Shown: in pieces, positions 35,238 through 39,220 of the stretch
How the letters are laid out: every line of letters starts with the position of its first letter
Position numbering within the stretch: position 1 is the stretch's first letter
From: Lingula anatina
Lineage: Eukaryota > Animalia > Brachiopoda
Assembly (NCBI GenBank): GCA_051362555.1
Contig: CM120648.1
Span: 1-39,220 of the forward strand
DNA length: 39,220 bases
Direction of reading: 5' to 3'
The notes under the pieces: generated by a model
The model's database searches: none
What the model was told of the DNA's origin: nothing
Seen by the model: the letters and a program-made list of their open reading frames with translations, nothing else
Position numbers and translations under genes: made by a program

Positions 35238-36682
35238 CATAAGAAGAAACGGAAATTTGGGGGGGGGGTTCTCGACCTCCCCCTCCAGGGGATTGATTTG
35301 GTTTTGGCGGGTGCCTTCTAAGCACTATGTTGAGGTTTTCGTAGGGTTTCCTCTATAAAAAAAGGTAGCCTAGCTTAAGCTAAAGTGTTCCACCACGTAA
35401 GTGGAAATTTGGTATATGTTTACCGGGTACTTGTCTCGTTACTTGTTTGGCCCATGACCTCAATGGATCTCACCCTCTCGACGGGGGGCGGGGTGATAAA
35501 GATCCATTGAGGTAGGCCCTGAAGACGGAGCCCCCCGTAAGGTGGATTCCAGATGTTTCCAACCATAAGAAGAAACGGAAATTTGGGGGGGGGGGTTCTC
35601 GACCTCCCCCTCCAGGGGATTGATTTGGTTTTGGCGGGTGCCTTCTAAGCACTATGTCGGTGGGTTCGATTCTCCCCCTTTCCTTTTTAAGGCTAAAGAA
35701 GGCAGCCTTTGTCGATAAAGACCGAGAGGTGTGCTTGCACTAACCCTACCCACCACGTAAGTGGAAATTTGGTATATGTTTACCGGGTACTTGTCTCGTT
35801 ACTTGTTTGGCCCATGACCTCAATGGATCTCACCCTCTCGACGGGGGGCGGGGTGATAAAGATCCATTGAGGTAGGCCCTGAAGACGGAGCCCCCCGTAA
35901 GGTGGATTCCAGATGTTTCCAACCATAAGAAGAAACGGAAATTTGGGGGGGGGGTTCTCGACCTCCCCCTCCAGGGGATTGATTTGGTTTTGGCGGGTGC
36001 CTTCTAAGCACTATGTCGGTGGGTTCGATTCTCCCCCTTTCCTTTTTAAGGCTAAAGAAGGCAGCCTTTGTCGATAAAGACCGAGAGGTGTGCTTGCACT
36101 AACCCTACCCTCTCGTAGTATGTTGAGGTTTTCGTAGGGTTTCCTCTATAAAAAAAGGTAGCCTAGCTTAAGCTAAAGTGTTCCACCACGTAAGTGGAAA
36201 TTTGGTATATGTTTACCGGGTACTTGTCTCGTTACTTGTTTGGCCCATGACCTCAATGGATCTCACCCTCTCGACGGGGGGCGGGGTGATAAAGATCCAT
36301 TGAGGTAGGCCCTGAAGACGGAGCCCCCCGTAAGGTGGATTCCAGATGTTTCCAACCATAAGAAGAAACGGAAATTTGGGGGGGGGGTTCTCGACCTCCC
36401 CCTCCAGGGGATTGATTTGGTTTTGGCGGGTGCCTTCTAAGCACTATGTCGGTGGGTTCGATTCTCCCCCTTTCCTTTTTAAGGCTAAAGAAGGCAGCCT
36501 TTGTCGATAAAGACCGAGAGGTGTGCTTGCACTAACCCTACCCTCTCGTAGTATGTTGAGGTTTTCGTAGGGTTTCCTCTATAAAAAAAGGTAGCCTAGC
36601 TTAAGCTAAAGTGTTCCACCACGTAAGTGGAAATTTGGTATATGTTTACCGGGTACTTGTCTCGTTACTTGTTTGGCCCATG
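35238..36682. repeat. 433-bp tandem repeat array with putative trnS1 genes (copy 2)
   Basis: Duplicate at +20831; trnS1 candidates at 35614, 35973, 36406. Confidence 0.93.
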
Positions 36683-36754
36683 TTTGGATAGGGGAAGCAC
36701 GTAAGGCTCCTTCCGGAGAGTGGTTAATTTCCACCCCCTATTTATTACTTATTT

Positions 36755-36820
36755 GGCTGGCTAGGTTAAAAAGACCATCGGACTCATAACCCGAACGTAT
36801 CCTTGAGTGGGTGCTGGCCT
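36755..36820 (+). tRNA. trnM: Second tRNA-Met gene (copy 2)
   Basis: Duplicate at +20831. Confidence 0.86.
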
Positions 36821-36843
36821 AGGCTCTATTTTGTGTTTGGATT

Positions 36844-36911
36844 GGGGGGTTGGTGAAAAAATCACGCCCGGCTTTCACCCGGGAATTACCGAGTAACTTT
36901 GGTACTCCTCT
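36844..36911 (+). tRNA. trnE: tRNA-Glu (copy 2)
   Basis: Duplicate at +20831. Confidence 0.88.
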
Positions 36912-36922
36912 TACTACTTGGG

Positions 36923-36990
36923 GGAGAGGAAGCCAATAAATGGCGTTCGGCTTTTAACCGAAAGTAAGTGGATAACTACCACCTTCTCTA
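36923..36990 (+). tRNA. trnK: tRNA-Lys (copy 2)
   Basis: Duplicate at +20831. Confidence 0.88.
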
Positions 36991-36992
36991 CA

Positions 36993-37059
36993 ACCTCACT
37001 AGTATATTTAGTATTCCTGTCTTCCAAACAGGGGGTCCGTTATAGTGGCGGGTGGGGTT
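36993..37059 (+). tRNA. trnG: tRNA-Gly (copy 2)
   Basis: Duplicate at +20831. Confidence 0.88.
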
Positions 37060-37253
37060 AATGACAACTACTCTATAGGGGGGGAGCCTTGGCCACGCTA
37101 CCTCCACCCTCCCCTTATTAATACAACACCTAATAAATATATATGAGGTTTTTTCGTGTGGGGTTTTCCTCTATAAAAAAAAGGTACCTTAACTAAAGTG
37201 TTCCATCTGTGTTTGGGAAATTGGTATTATTTTTACCAGGTACTTATAACCCT

Positions 37254-37321
37254 GCCGTGGAAGCTTTAAGAAGCATTGGCCTTGTAACCCGAATATGTGG
37301 ATAGCACCTCCACCCGCGGCT
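37254..37321 (+). tRNA. trnT: tRNA-Thr (copy 2)
   Basis: Duplicate at +20831. Confidence 0.84.
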
Positions 37322-38596
37322 ATGAAGAAAAGTCGCCCCCGCTTTCCAATTGGTATAAGCCCAGCGGTCAGAGGGTTTAAGGCATGGTAGTTTTGTAGGA
37401 ATTTAGCATGGATAAGCTTTAGCGCTCCAGTGAGTACAAACAACAAGACAAACGTGCAACGTCCGGAGGAACTGGGGCAAGAACCCATATAAGTGTTTCT
37501 GTACCGTTACGGGATCCGGCATCAAGGCTATCACGACGTCTAGGATAATCCACCACACCAGTCATGAGGGGTTCAAATAGCAACCAAAGTTGGCTGGCAT
37601 GTACGCTAGATCACCGGGACAAAGGCGAATGCCAGCAGTCGCGGTTAAATTCACACGGGGACTTACGGGTTGAAAGGGGACCAGGACGGAATTTTATGCC
37701 TGACTGGAAACTGGGGATGCTCGCATGCCAGGTTAGATTCAATTCGACGGCAGAAGAGACATTTAGACGCAGAAGAAAGCAAAGTTTCGGCAGTGTCATG
37801 TTCAATAAGGGGTGCAATCCGTAGTTGAATAAAGAGGGCCTTAAGACTCTGATGGTTGAAGCTGTGAAAATTGGAGAGTTAACCGGGATTAGAGACCCCG
37901 CTAATCCCAATCGTGAATTATGCATACTTCTCCAATGGTAGGGGTCTCCTAAGAACCTTGACATATGAGATATTAAAGATTGCAAGCTACCGTATAATTA
38001 CGGGTACTACCAGGCCTGAAAGTTGAAGGGGTAGACGGCTTTCTGAAGTTATAATGGGGAGCTTGATCTTTAATCCGATGACCCCCGTTTCACCTTACTC
38101 TGACTGGTGGTGGGCGGGCCATGGCGGCACCTTAAAGACACTACCCATCTCAGGTGTCATATCGCTGTCTAAAGCTTATGATGCGACCCAACAAAAAATT
38201 ATGCTTGTTTCGTAAGATTCCAAGTGCATATACTATTTGGGGTTTGATGCCCTATAGTGCGATCAGTGTGCGTGAACCTAACGAAAAGGGGGCACATCTA
38301 GGATTGACCAGCTCCCTCCAAGAATTAAAGATTCTTAGGAGTCTTAAGAATGAGGACAAGTCGACAGGTCCCTTATGTCAGAGGCCACGGTTGAGCTACT
38401 AAAAGCGTATATCAAGCAAACGAAATGTGGTTGAAATGGCCACAGGAAGCAGGACTTGTAAGTAATAAGATCCTTAGGACGGTCTTATGAATTCTATACA
38501 ACCGGGAAGTGTACTAACCGCCCATCACTCGGGGAGAGATCCCTGATAAGTTGTAACAAGGTAGGCGTACGGGAACGTGTGCCTGTAACAAGACTA
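37322..38596 (+). rRNA. rrnS: 12S mt rRNA (copy 2)
   Basis: Duplicate at +20831. Confidence 0.93.
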
Positions 38597-38600
38597 TACA

Positions 38601-38667
38601 ACCTCATTAGTATATTTAGTATTCCTGTCTTCCAAACAGGGGGTCCGGCATAGCGGCGGGTGGGGTT
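38601..38667 (+). tRNA. trnG: Second tRNA-Gly gene (copy 2)
   Basis: Duplicate at +20831. Confidence 0.84.
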
Positions 38668-38861
38668 AATGACGACTACACTATAGGGGGGGAGCCTTGG
38701 CCACGCTACCTCCACCCTCCCCTTATTAATACATCACCTAATAAATATATATGAGGTTTTTTCGTGTGGGGTTTTCCTCTATAAAAAAAGGTACCTTAAC
38801 TAAAGTGTTCCATCTGTGTTTGGGAAATTGGTATTATTTTTACCAGGTACTTATAGCAAGT

Positions 38862-38931
38862 GGACCCTATACCTACGGAGGGGCAGTGTTTTGAAAACTT
38901 TGCTACGGTGTTCGACTCATCGTGGGGTCTT
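38862..38931 (+). tRNA. trnS2: tRNA-Ser(UGA) (copy 2)
   Basis: Duplicate at +20831. Confidence 0.8.
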
Positions 38932-38946
38932 CTCTACAACCCGCCT

Positions 38947-39013
38947 CGGGCTGAAGCATTGTAAGATGTGCCTTGCTTACGCCAAGGAGAACTCTGTAAC
39001 TGGGGTAGCCTGA
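38947..39013 (+). tRNA. trnV: tRNA-Val (copy 2)
   Basis: Duplicate at +20831. Confidence 0.88.
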
Positions 39014-39220
39014 TGATTCCTTTACGTCATCGCGGATTATTTTCTATTTTAAATAAAAGGGTTTGGGACTATAAAGTTCCTGTTAATATTAATAACTGGT
39101 GGTATTTTGGGTCACTATTGGGGTTCATATTATTAAACCAGATTATTTCAGGGTTTTTTTTATCAACATACTATGTGGCCCATGTTGATCATGCTTTTGA
39201 TTCTATTGTACACATTAATC
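39013..39220 (+). CDS. cob: Cytochrome b, 5' part (copy 2, cut by the window end)
   Basis: Duplicate at +20831. Confidence 0.95.
   Translation, partial: MIPLRHRGLFSILNKRVWDYKVPVNINNWWYFGSLLGFILLNQIISGFFLSTYYVAHVDHAFDSIVHIN

Overview
An invertebrate mitochondrial genome of 20,831 bp, present about 1.88 times head-to-tail: 20832-39220 repeats 1-18389 at a constant offset, most likely over-assembly of a circle. It uses translation table 5 (TGA=Trp, AGR=Ser, ATA=Met), so the supplied ORF track is fragmented at TGA; CDS coordinates here come from my own manual re-translation. All 13 OXPHOS genes, both rRNAs and candidates for all 22 standard tRNAs lie on the + strand. Order: rrnL-L2-cox1-P-N-nad4L-M-cox3-F-[nad3-like ORF]-F-nad3-atp6-Y-nad5-Q-nad4-R-cox2-D-nad1-nad2-L1-nad6-A-[tRNA-like]-control region/repeats(S1 x3)-M-E-K-G-T-rrnS-G-S2-V-cob-H-C-atp8-W(UCA)-URF257-W(CCA)-I. 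One-strand coding, elongated proteins, unassigned ORFs and complex repeats suggest a lophotrochozoan, possibly a lingulid brachiopod (inference, not database-checked). Highlights: a 257-aa soluble orphan ORF between two paralogous trnW genes with different anticodons; an intact 56-aa mini-paralog of nad3 between duplicated trnF genes; apparent widespread tRNA remolding, including an extra tRNA-like gene with an aberrant anticodon loop; and a conserved structured element dispersed in several copies around the control region and rrnS.
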